Assembly (NCBI GenBank): GCA_016782425.1
Contig: JADHYN010000001.1
Location: forward strand, 655-64,654
Origin: Candidatus Omnitrophota bacterium
GTDB taxonomy: Bacteria; Omnitrophota; Gorgyraeia; JABMRN01; RBG-13-46-9
DNA: 64,000 nucleotides
Reading direction: 5' to 3'
Under the pieces are notes generated by a model. It had not been told where the DNA came from. It saw only the letters and a list, made by a program, of their open reading frames with translations, and did no database searches. A program made the position numbers and the translations under genes. This document shows, in pieces, positions 38,962 to 47,976 of the stretch; the first letter of the stretch is position 1; every line of letters begins with the position of its first letter.

Positions 38962-40377
38962 TTATTTTAGTTGCAATATATCCATACCTACCTGAAATTT
39001 CAGCTTCAGTTCATTAAGGGAACGTACCGTTCTTAAACTTTTGAAAAAATATGATGGTCTAATGTAGAATTCCTTGTAAGCAGTTTTTAATACTTTTTGT
39101 ATTTCATTCATTTGCACGGTTTCAATCCAGGATTTCGGTTTAAAACCGTCTACCGGATTGAGCGCAAATTCACGCCAGTGGTCATGAGGAAACCTGCCGG
39201 AAAACATGCCTTCTTCGTATAGAGGCGTACCGGGAAATGGAATAAGTATCGTAAAATGGCAATACTCAGGATTGAGTTGTTTCGCGAACTTTATCGTTTC
39301 CAGCATATCAGGCAACATTTCTCCAGGACATCCGAACATGAAGTATGCTGCGGTATGAATTCCTGTATTTTTAGACAATTTAAAAACGCTTCTGATCTTT
39401 TCTTTAGCAATGTTTTTCCCCAATCTTCTCCGTACTCTATCATTGCCAGATTCTACGCCATAGTTAATCATTTTGCAGCCAGCCGATTTAAGTGCTTTTA
39501 ACATCTCTAAATCTACACAGTCTATGCGCGCACGAATGCTCCAGATAACCTTAACGCCTCTTTGCTTTATTTCCCTGCAAACCTCGAAAACGCGCTTTCG
39601 GTCAACGTTAAACGTATCATCATAAAACATGATCTTTACAGCACCCGCTTTTATGCATTCCTCCATTTCATCCACTATGTCACCGGCGCTTCTGGATCTA
39701 AAATTTTTCCCAAGATGTGGCCTATCACAAAACGTACATTTATATGGGCATCCGCGCGAGCTAATCATTGTCGTAATCCCAGATCCAAGCACACTCGAGA
39801 AGTAACGTTTGTTTTTTATCATCGCCCTGTCCGGATGAGGAATATCATCTAACTTCTCAATTAAATTGGAGCTCGTGTTGCACACGACATCGCCTTTTTT
39901 AGTTTTGAAACAAAAACCTTTTATTTCTTTCAGGCTATCTTCGTCATTCCATAAGTTTAAAAGCTTCGCGATTGTATACTCCCCCTCGCCCAAGACCACA
40001 TAGTCAACACAGTTAAAGCCTATAGTCTCTTTAGGATAAAGATGGACATGAGGACCGCCGAAAATTACTTTTATTAGAGGGTTTATTTTTTTTGTAAGGC
40101 GAGCCGTGCGCAAGCAATCTATCAACGAATGAGTCATAGCAGTAATGCCTACGGCATCGGGTTTGCTGCGTTTTATACGCTCTTGGATTTGCCCATAATT
40201 CAATCTCTCGGCAACACAATCAACGAACTCCACATCCCAATCAGTCCACCGTTTTACGCTGGCAGCGATATAAAGCAAGCCTAAGGGTGGGACAATTCCT
40301 GTTCCGCGTTCCAGCACATCAGGTAATTTTGTATCGATAACATTTTCTTCTGAAGGGTATAATAAAAGAAGTTTCAT
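38962..40377 (-). CDS. B12-binding domain radical SAM protein
   Basis: PPLGLLYIA, GGPH, GEGE, SRGCPYKCTFC, GVESG. Confidence 0.9.
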   Translation of the reverse strand: MKLLLLYPSEENVIDTKLPDVLERGTGIVPPLGLLYIAASVKRWTDWDVEFVDCVAERLNYGQIQERIKRSKPDAVGITAMTHSLIDCLRTARLTKKINPLIKVIFGGPHVHLYPKETIGFNCVDYVVLGEGEYTIAKLLNLWNDEDSLKEIKGFCFKTKKGDVVCNTSSNLIEKLDDIPHPDRAMIKNKRYFSSVLGSGITTMISSRGCPYKCTFCDRPHLGKNFRSRSAGDIVDEMEECIKAGAVKIMFYDDTFNVDRKRVFEVCREIKQRGVKVIWSIRARIDCVDLEMLKALKSAGCKMINYGVESGNDRVRRRLGKNIAKEKIRSVFKLSKNTGIHTAAYFMFGCPGEMLPDMLETIKFAKQLNPEYCHFTILIPFPGTPLYEEGMFSGRFPHDHWREFALNPVDGFKPKSWIETVQMNEIQKVLKTAYKEFYIRPSYFFKSLRTVRSLNELKLKFQVGMDILQLK

Positions 40378-40390
40378 GCTTGAATAGCTT

Positions 40391-41272
40391 TTATTGTTTT
40401 AATTCTCTTCTTATGTGCGCCATCTGGTCAACAATTAATCCCAAGAAAAAAATCAAAATACCGCTAAAAATAATTAGCAGGGTTATGTCCTGAATGTTCG
40501 AATGTATAATGTCGTACACCAAAAGAAAAGCCCCCCCGAGAAATGTCAGAAATGCCGCGGGTAAAAATAATTTCAGCGGTGAAAAAATTGTCATGAGTCG
40601 AATAACCAACAAGAATGCCTGCATTCCATCGAAAAGAGTAACCTTGCTTTTACCGAAACGCTTACTCGCAGATATAGGAACATACTTGATGTTATATCCG
40701 TCTCTGAGAAGCGCGATAGTCAATGTAGTTGAAAGAGAAAATCCATTTGGCAAAAGGTGCATATATTTCATAACTATATCTTTCTTGATTAGCCGAAAGC
40801 CTGAATTAAGGTCAGGTATGCGCGTTCTTGATAAATAGTTTGCCGTAGAATTGATTATTTTTTTCCCAAATGAATATAGCGCGGACTCTTTAAACCTGCA
40901 TTCTCTTTCCCCGACAACCATATCATAATTATTCATCTCTTCCAAAAATTTACGAATATCTTCGGGATCATGCTGGCCATCGCCGTCAAGCGTACATATA
41001 AAGCTGCCTCTGGCGGCCCTGATACCGGTTTTTATCGAAGCGCCGTATCCTTTATTAAATGAATGCCGTATATTTTTTACATTGAAATTTTGTATAAGCT
41101 TATACGTATCATCTCTGGAACCATCATCAATAACAATTATTTCAAAATCCGGATATAATTTAATCAGCTGCGACAAGATTCCATTAATAGATTTTTCTTC
41201 ATTGTAAACGGGTATAATTATACTAACTTTCGTAATTTGGGTTGTTGCTAATATTAAAGGGTTTCCTTCCAT
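40391..41272 (-). CDS. GT2 glycosyltransferase, DPM1/ArnC-like polyprenyl-phosphate glycosyltransferase
   Basis: IIPVYNEE, DDGSRD, DGDGQH, DLNSGFR, two C-terminal TMs. Confidence 0.85.
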   Translation of the reverse strand: MEGNPLILATTQITKVSIIIPVYNEEKSINGILSQLIKLYPDFEIIVIDDGSRDDTYKLIQNFNVKNIRHSFNKGYGASIKTGIRAARGSFICTLDGDGQHDPEDIRKFLEEMNNYDMVVGERECRFKESALYSFGKKIINSTANYLSRTRIPDLNSGFRLIKKDIVMKYMHLLPNGFSLSTTLTIALLRDGYNIKYVPISASKRFGKSKVTLFDGMQAFLLVIRLMTIFSPLKLFLPAAFLTFLGGAFLLVYDIIHSNIQDITLLIIFSGILIFFLGLIVDQMAHIRRELKQ

Positions 41273-41303
41273 GTCACTCCCTACCTCCTTTATAACTTTT
41301 TTG

Positions 41304-41642
41304 TTAAGCTTTTATTTTAATCATTTCCTCATTAATCATGTCTACGAGTTGAAGCTTAGAATGGGCCCCTATAAGCCTTTTGATTTCTCGTCCTTCGTCA
41401 AATAGAATAATGGTCGGCACCCCTGAAATGTTAAAACATGCGGCACTTGTTTGATTCTGATCCACATTTATCTTCGCCACACGGATTGAGCCGTTCAGCT
41501 GAAATAACAATTCCGTTAAAATCACTTCCATCATCTTGCACGGAGGGCACCAGGAGGCCCAGAAGTCGACAAGGACGGGAATGCTAGACTTAAGAACTTC
41601 TTCTTCGAAGTTTTTATCAGTTAATGTTAACGGCTTTTCCAT
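41304..41642 (-). CDS. Thioredoxin
   Basis: VDFWASWCPPCK, GVPT; start overlaps the end of the sqdB-like gene. Confidence 0.9.
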   Translation of the reverse strand: MEKPLTLTDKNFEEEVLKSSIPVLVDFWASWCPPCKMMEVILTELLFQLNGSIRVAKINVDQNQTSAACFNISGVPTIILFDEGREIKRLIGAHSKLQLVDMINEEMIKIKA

Positions 41643-43149
41643 TCTTTTTTACTGCATGGTTATTGTTTTTAATGAGCTCGAGGCGCTCGACTTCCTTTTT
41701 CTCTCCTGACCACCAAGTTTTTGGCAAGATCACATGTTCTTTTTCCTCTATTCGTTTTTTTATTTCCGGCCGGGTAAGAAGAGCGAACATCCTGTGAATT
41801 TCTTTTTCAAGCATATCGCTCTGAACAAAGCCAAATTCATCCGGTAGTTTATTGAAGATTGGTTCGAAGGGATGCCGATCTGCTTCCACACGCGGATTTT
41901 CGACGCGCTGGATTTCGATTTTAAGGCCAAAATCTTTCTCCCCTATTTTTTTAACGGTTTCCGCGAGTTTGCGCATACTGCAGTAGCCAGACATCTGGTT
42001 TACTACGTCATACTGTCCCGGCTCAGGGGGTTTCGCGATAAGACGGGTTATGCACTGCATGGCATCTTCTAACCCTATAAACCCGCGTATCTGCTCGCCT
42101 TTGCCGTAAAGTGTAAGAGGAAAACCTATTACAGCTTGTGCCACATAGCGGTTGATAACCGTTCCAAATGCTTCGTCTATATCATAACGCGTCCTCAATC
42201 TTGGATCAGCAGCTAAATGGTCGGTATACACCCCGTAAATAACGCCTTGCATGACATCATATGAACGGAGCCACCAATATTTGCAGGCCTCATATACGTT
42301 GAATGTATCCTGGGCTTTGCTACAGTGATAAAAACTTACGGGATCGCGCGGCGTAAGCTCACCTCCCATTGACCATTCTCTGTTATTCCACTTAAGGACC
42401 GCATTCGCAGGAAACATTCCTTCAAATATGGGCCTTCCTGTAAGGGGCGTTCCGTACTCACCCATGGTCCCGAGTTTTATTAATGATGCCTCCGGGACAA
42501 CCTCGTGCATAGTAAACAAAAGCCCTAAAGTTCCTATAACGTTGTTTTTCTGCACATAGGCCGCGTGCTCGAAATCTATCATGCTGTACGGAGCGCTCGG
42601 GCACTCGCCATAATGCACGATTGCCTCGGGTTTTACTTCCTCTATAAATTCTTTCAATAACTCTCGGTCTAATATATTAATTTTTCTGAAATTTATGTTT
42701 AGTCCCAGCACTTCCTTAGCAGCATGGAGCCGTTCAGTCATATCGGAAATGGGCACGATTGTATGCGAGCCCCTTTCAGCAACCCATGAGCGTCGACTGA
42801 AGTTGTCTATACCGCTTACATGGCAACCGAGCTTACCGAGCCACAAAGCCAAAGTCCATCCAAGGTAGCCATCCATGCCAAGTATCATGATACGCATGTT
42901 TTTCAGGAGATACCCGTATTGCGTTTCTCTCCATTCGGGGCACTCCTCGAAAGTTATGCTTGTCGGGTCAAAAAGCCCAAGTTCAGGCCGCCTTTTGCAC
43001 TCTGCCATTATGTGGCTATCTCCGGTTTCATCTTGTTTTTTCTCGAATTTCAAAGCAGACTGCCCGCAAGCTCTAAAATCTACTTTTCCTGCCAGATTTA
43101 TTGCGGGGCAATTCCAACAGGTGCAATCGGAGTTATGGAATTTTGTCAT
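41617..43149 (-). CDS. sqdB: UDP-sulfoquinovose synthase (SqdB/Agl3) homologue with an 84-aa Cys-rich N-terminal extension
   Basis: GMDGYLGW, DNFSRR, SAPYSM, KLGTMGEYGTP, SFYHCSK, QGVIYG, FGTVINR, PLTLYGKG, NPRVE. Confidence 0.82.
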   Translation of the reverse strand: MTKFHNSDCTCWNCPAINLAGKVDFRACGQSALKFEKKQDETGDSHIMAECKRRPELGLFDPTSITFEECPEWRETQYGYLLKNMRIMILGMDGYLGWTLALWLGKLGCHVSGIDNFSRRSWVAERGSHTIVPISDMTERLHAAKEVLGLNINFRKINILDRELLKEFIEEVKPEAIVHYGECPSAPYSMIDFEHAAYVQKNNVIGTLGLLFTMHEVVPEASLIKLGTMGEYGTPLTGRPIFEGMFPANAVLKWNNREWSMGGELTPRDPVSFYHCSKAQDTFNVYEACKYWWLRSYDVMQGVIYGVYTDHLAADPRLRTRYDIDEAFGTVINRYVAQAVIGFPLTLYGKGEQIRGFIGLEDAMQCITRLIAKPPEPGQYDVVNQMSGYCSMRKLAETVKKIGEKDFGLKIEIQRVENPRVEADRHPFEPIFNKLPDEFGFVQSDMLEKEIHRMFALLTRPEIKKRIEEKEHVILPKTWWSGEKKEVERLELIKNNNHAVKKNGKAVNIN

Positions 43150-44429
43150 TTACTACTCTCTCTTTCGGTTAAAAGATTAATTATATTGGTAACGTCACAT
43201 ACGTTGGGATTTTCGGGAATTAAACTTTCGCAATTCTTCCGGTTAACCAGTAAGAACGCATCGTCCCATGAATGCTTGCCGGTAAAAATGCCTTTAGAGA
43301 AAATTCTTTCGGAAGTTAAGCCGGCTTTTAAATTGAATCCCTTACTTCCTAAAAGTACTAAATCCGGCGCCATGTCGAAATAAGGGCCCTTATAAATTTC
43401 TTCTTTTCTATAGATGCGCTTTATGACTTTTTGGTTATTTTCTTTTAAGTCCTCAAATAATTTCTCTACACCTTTTATTACGCTTTCTTTGTCTTCCGGC
43501 TTAACACTGCCTCTCGGGTATTTGCCTTCTAAATTCACGTAGATGCGCGCCGGATCAAGGGCAAAGGCCTTTGTGCCGTAATCTATATGACTAAAATCTA
43601 TTCTTTCTCCGTTCTTCAGTTTCAAAAAACCTGCCTTTTTTAAAATCCTGTTTACATAAACATCCTTCTCGAGTTTTTCAAAACCATGGTCAGAAAGCAT
43701 TAAAAAAGTGTCGTTTTCATTAATTTTTGATGCGATTTCGCCTATCACTTCATCTATTCGCCTAAAATAGCTACTGAACTCTTCGTGAAATTCATTGTCA
43801 GGGTCTTCGTATGCGTCCCACAAGAAATGCATGAGCCGGTCAGTTCCCGTGAACACAAACATGAATGTATCCCATTCCTCTTTCCAGAGTTCCCTGTACA
43901 CAGCTATGCGCGCCTCGTTGGTCCTTTTTAAATCCTTAAGAAAAAGCTCGATGGATTCGTGCGCCTTACTTGAATCGACATCGGTCGCGTAGTTTAGATT
44001 TTTTAGTACCTCAAGCATGGAATTAGGGTAAGTGGCTTTTTCAAGGTCAAGCGCGACAAAACCGGCCACAAGCACACCGTTTAGTTCGTGCGCCGGGTAA
44101 GTGGACGGAACATTGATAACGATATGGCGCTTGCTATGATTTGTTTCCCAGAAGGCAGGCGTCTTTAAATCATTAAAGTTCGGGAAAGAAAGCCTATAAG
44201 TATTTTGCGGGAATTCCGTAAAACCGAAGATACCGTGTTCTGCCGGGTTTTTCCCCGTAATTATCGATGACCACGCAACAGATGAAACTTCCGGTAGACT
44301 TGAGAACATTTTGCGGAACGTGCCGTCTGAAATAATTCCTTTTGTGTTGGGCATTACGCCGCGGTCAGCCAGGTCTTTTAAGAGCCCGAAAGGAACTCCG
44401 TCTAAACCGATTATTATTGTACGTCCCAT
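43146..44429 (-). CDS. Alkaline phosphatase family protein (nucleotide pyrophosphatase-like)
   Basis: IIGLDG, SSLPEVSSVAW, TDRLMH, SDHGF, TGKH. Confidence 0.85.
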   Translation of the reverse strand: MGRTIIIGLDGVPFGLLKDLADRGVMPNTKGIISDGTFRKMFSSLPEVSSVAWSSIITGKNPAEHGIFGFTEFPQNTYRLSFPNFNDLKTPAFWETNHSKRHIVINVPSTYPAHELNGVLVAGFVALDLEKATYPNSMLEVLKNLNYATDVDSSKAHESIELFLKDLKRTNEARIAVYRELWKEEWDTFMFVFTGTDRLMHFLWDAYEDPDNEFHEEFSSYFRRIDEVIGEIASKINENDTFLMLSDHGFEKLEKDVYVNRILKKAGFLKLKNGERIDFSHIDYGTKAFALDPARIYVNLEGKYPRGSVKPEDKESVIKGVEKLFEDLKENNQKVIKRIYRKEEIYKGPYFDMAPDLVLLGSKGFNLKAGLTSERIFSKGIFTGKHSWDDAFLLVNRKNCESLIPENPNVCDVTNIINLLTERESSK

Positions 44430-44455
44430 AAATTAATTAATTAACCACTCACCAA

Positions 44456-45451
44456 TTAACCATTTTTCATTTCCTTTTCCCAGAATTCCCGAAAAAATGC
44501 AATGAATACGCCCAGAAACAATCCTAAAATACCGGCTACAGCAATATTTTTCATCTTTTTTGGCCTTACAGGAAAAGGCAAAGCTTGCGGTTTTTGCACA
44601 AATTTAATGTTTTGGATCTGGTTCTTTTGCAAACCAATTGTATCTATTTGGGTTTTTAAGTTTTCTATGTCTTTATTCAAGCATTCTATCTCATTCAAAA
44701 GATTCTCTTTTCTGCTTTTTAAAGACATTAACTGGTCGCTTAAGGTACTGAAGTAACTAATATTCTGCTGGACAACGTTTGAGTAAAGAAGAGAGGACAT
44801 GCCGTTCTTATTGGTTTTATCGATTAATAAAGCGTCTCTTTGCGCAATTAATTTTTCAGAATTTTCTTTGACAATTTTAAGTTCGCCGAGAAGGCTCGCC
44901 TCTCTCTCTTCGAGAATCTTTAATTCTTTTTCGCGCAACGCAATGCTATCTTTTTTTGACTCTATTATGTTAGAAACAACAGCTGCCTCTTTAGTAAACA
45001 TCTCTTTTTTATAATCAATGTGAGATTGATAAGTTTCGGTCATTTTGATGAATAAATTGTTTAAAAGTCTAACGCCCGTATCTATCTTGCTCTTCGGTTC
45101 TTCAATACTTATTTTTACGAGAGTGGAATCTTTCGGCTGTGTAACTTTAAGACTTAATTTTTTTCGCCCGGGGTCTACGTTTGAAATGCGCAAAACGCTT
45201 AGATTAAACGCTTCTCCTCGTATTTTTGCTGCTATGTTCTTTGGTGAATCTAAATAAAGTTGCTTATTTCCTTTCGTAATCTCAAGGCTAGGCTCTATAA
45301 TCATGGAAATTTCGTAGCTTTTCGGCATTAAAAAGCTGATAATCGCGGCAGCTATCGTTGTGGCAAGAAAAATTAAAAAGATGGTTTTTTTTCGCTTCAG
45401 GATAACTTTCACATAATCGCTTAAATTGACCTCTTGCTCATGCTCTTGCAT
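44456..45451 (-). CDS. Wzz/polysaccharide co-polymerase (chain length determinant)
   Basis: Two terminal TMs, coiled-coil centre, PVRPKK; start MQEHEQEV with SD GAAAGGGG. Confidence 0.85.
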   Translation of the reverse strand: MQEHEQEVNLSDYVKVILKRKKTIFLIFLATTIAAAIISFLMPKSYEISMIIEPSLEITKGNKQLYLDSPKNIAAKIRGEAFNLSVLRISNVDPGRKKLSLKVTQPKDSTLVKISIEEPKSKIDTGVRLLNNLFIKMTETYQSHIDYKKEMFTKEAAVVSNIIESKKDSIALREKELKILEEREASLLGELKIVKENSEKLIAQRDALLIDKTNKNGMSSLLYSNVVQQNISYFSTLSDQLMSLKSRKENLLNEIECLNKDIENLKTQIDTIGLQKNQIQNIKFVQKPQALPFPVRPKKMKNIAVAGILGLFLGVFIAFFREFWEKEMKNG

Positions 45452-45579
45452 ATTAAATCCCCTTTCTTTCTGTCTAATAAGCACGTTTTGATAGTGACAA
45501 AAAAAGCGCTATTTTTAGCACTTTACTGCGCAATATAGTATCTATATTATAATATATGGTAGCTAGAAATCAACCAAAA

Positions 45580-47109
45580 TCAGCGGCGGGCGTCGCGTGG
45601 AAGGTAAAACGAAAATTCAGAACCCTTTCCAAATTGGGAAGTTACGAAGATTTTCCCGTGAAACTGCTCGATTATCTCTTTGCATATTGCAAGACCCAGT
45701 CCTGTGCCGCCCTCGGTCTTGCCTGTCCGCGCAAGTTGTTCAAATTTGTTAAAAACGCGGCCAAGGTCCGATTTTTTTATTCCACGGCCTGTATCCTTGA
45801 CAGCAATTTTAATATATTTTGAGTCTGATGCCGAACTTATTTTTACTGATCCTTGATCCGTAAATTTAATCGCGTTATTTACCAGGTTATGCACGACCTG
45901 GGCAATCCTATCCCTATCAAATAACACATTTGGTACGAGGGGATTCAGGTTAAGCTCAAGCTCTATTCCCTTTTTTCCCGCTGTACTGCGATAACTCGTT
46001 CCGATTTCGCCGAGAAGCTCGTTTACATTGGCGCGCGTCATGTCAAATTTCATTTTTCCGCTCTCAAGCTTGCCAAGATCTAAAAGGTCGTTTATAAGCC
46101 GCGTGAGGCGTTTTATGTTATCAAGAGCTATGGCAAGCTGTCTTTTCTGCTTTTTACTGACCTCTCCGAGAATGCCTTCTTCGACGACAGCAACGCTTTC
46201 TCTGATTACCGTAAGCGGCGTCCTAAGCTCGTGGGAGACTAAAGAGGTAAATTCCGTTTTTATATCATACATGCGCAAAATTCTATCGTTTGCCTCTTCA
46301 AGTTCTTTTGTCCTTTTCTTCACAAGTTCCTCGAGGCGCTCTTTATAATTCTGCAGCTCCTCCTCGGCAACCATCTTATCCGTTATGTTGCGCGTAATGC
46401 CGATGATCCCGATTATTTTTCCTTTTTCGTCATAATGAGGAATCTTGGTTGTGCTAACATAAGTTATTCCGCCGTCAGAGCGGCGCGCCCTTTCAATCTC
46501 GCCGATAATCGGCTTTCCTTTTTTTATGAGCTCTATATCGTCTTTAAAATATTTTTCGGCTATTTTTTTCGGAAAAAAATCAAGGTCGGTTTTTCCGATT
46601 ATTTCTTCGGGAATTTTGTTAAGGGCTTCGGCGTGGGCCTTGTTTACGAGAACAAACCGGTTTTGCCTGTCCTTGAAATATATCATGTCAGGGATGTTAT
46701 CTAAGAGGTCTCGAAGAAATTTATCTTTATCAACTTCATGTTTTCCGGCGTGCACGGACTTTTCCATCACAACAACAGCGCCCTCGGGTTTTATAAGAAA
46801 GGTGAGGATTTTGAGTTTCATTTCTTGGCCGTTTTTCGTTTTTCCGTCGGCCTTTCCACTGTGAAAGCCGTAGGAATCTAAAAGATTGTAAATCTCCCTT
46901 TTGGCCTTAGGCTGTTTTCGCCTATCCCCGTAAAGAAGCTCGGTCCTTTTGCCGAGAAGTTCTTTGGGCGAGTAACCGAAGATGCTCTCCGCGTCTTTAT
47001 TGCAGTACTTTATCTTCCGGTCAGGCGAAACAATAATGCCCGGCATAGAGAGATTCTCAAGCATCTCCTTAAAAAAAAGTTGTGGAGCATGTGATTTTTT
47101 ATCGTTCAT
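45580..47109 (-). CDS. Cytoplasmic PAS-PAS sensor histidine kinase
   Basis: Two PAS/PAC repeats, SHELRTPL H-box, NNAIKF, DTGRGI, GTGLGL. Confidence 0.92.
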   Translation of the reverse strand: MNDKKSHAPQLFFKEMLENLSMPGIIVSPDRKIKYCNKDAESIFGYSPKELLGKRTELLYGDRRKQPKAKREIYNLLDSYGFHSGKADGKTKNGQEMKLKILTFLIKPEGAVVVMEKSVHAGKHEVDKDKFLRDLLDNIPDMIYFKDRQNRFVLVNKAHAEALNKIPEEIIGKTDLDFFPKKIAEKYFKDDIELIKKGKPIIGEIERARRSDGGITYVSTTKIPHYDEKGKIIGIIGITRNITDKMVAEEELQNYKERLEELVKKRTKELEEANDRILRMYDIKTEFTSLVSHELRTPLTVIRESVAVVEEGILGEVSKKQKRQLAIALDNIKRLTRLINDLLDLGKLESGKMKFDMTRANVNELLGEIGTSYRSTAGKKGIELELNLNPLVPNVLFDRDRIAQVVHNLVNNAIKFTDQGSVKISSASDSKYIKIAVKDTGRGIKKSDLGRVFNKFEQLARTGKTEGGTGLGLAICKEIIEQFHGKIFVTSQFGKGSEFSFYLPRDARR

Positions 47110-47117
47110 AATAATAT

Positions 47118-47126
47118 ATTATAACA
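47118..47126 (-). promoter_or_regulatory. Extended -10 element (TGTTATAAT) 8 nt before the kinase ATG
   Basis: Sequence match; no SD in the gap. Confidence 0.5.
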
Positions 47127-47157
47127 CAGAAAAGAATAAATCTGACTATTTATTTGA

Positions 47158-47880
47158 CTAATTGATGTTTTTGAAAATGGGAATATTTTTTCGTTTATGC
47201 TCTGATTTCTTGATCATTTCCTGGACCATGGCGAGTTTGGACTTGTCAATTTTTTCAGTATTGTTTTTTTCAAGGGCAAGTATTATTTCATCGAGTTCTT
47301 TGTATGTTATGCCCATTTCCCCTTCGTCAGTCTGGCCTTCCCAGAGTCCGGCTGACGGCGCGCGATTTATTACATCATCCGGCACACCAAGTTCTGCGGC
47401 AAGCTTGCGCACCTCACTTTTTACGAGATCCCCCAACGGAAGAATATCAGAACCGCCGTCACCGTATTTAGTAAAATATCCGACGGAAATTTCACTTTTA
47501 TTACCTGTCCCGGCGACAAGATAATTCAAACTGTTGGCAAAACAGTAAAGCATCGTCATTCGAAGACGCGGTTTCAAATTTGACCTGGCTATTTTTTTTG
47601 CCTCCGAGTTGGTTTTTAGAAATTCGTCGTAGATTTTATCAAGTGAGATTGTTTTTGTTTTTATGCCGGAGACTTTCGTTACCATTTTCGCGTATCGAAC
47701 GTCATCGGCACTACTCTGGCAAGGCAATATCAGCGCAAGTGCGTCTTCGCCCATGGCTTTTTTAGCTAAACACGCGACAACAGCAGAATCGAGCCCCCCG
47801 CTCAGGCCCAGCACAATACCAACCTTTTCGGCTTTCTTGACTTCGTCTTTTATCCAGTCAGAGATTTTATATGATAACAT
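47158..47880 (-). CDS. nadE: NH3-dependent NAD+ synthetase
   Basis: GLSGGLDSAV, NLKPRLRM, GYFTKYGDG, PSAGLWEGQTDE. Confidence 0.95.
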   Translation of the reverse strand: MLSYKISDWIKDEVKKAEKVGIVLGLSGGLDSAVVACLAKKAMGEDALALILPCQSSADDVRYAKMVTKVSGIKTKTISLDKIYDEFLKTNSEAKKIARSNLKPRLRMTMLYCFANSLNYLVAGTGNKSEISVGYFTKYGDGGSDILPLGDLVKSEVRKLAAELGVPDDVINRAPSAGLWEGQTDEGEMGITYKELDEIILALEKNNTEKIDKSKLAMVQEMIKKSEHKRKNIPIFKNIN

Positions 47881-47936
47881 AGATATTATTATACTCTGTG
47901 TAGAGAGATTTTGAAATAAAAAAAGTAACTCTTAAA

Positions 47937-47970
47937 AGCAGTAGGCGAGACTTAAGCCTCGCCTACTGCT
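47937..47970. repeat. REP-like palindrome copy 2; probable terminator of the nikR operon
   Basis: AGCAGTAGGCGAGACTTAAGCCTCGCCTACTGCT, 31/34 identical to 8779-8812, flanked by A/T runs. Confidence 0.8.
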
Positions 47971-47976
47971 TTTTTG

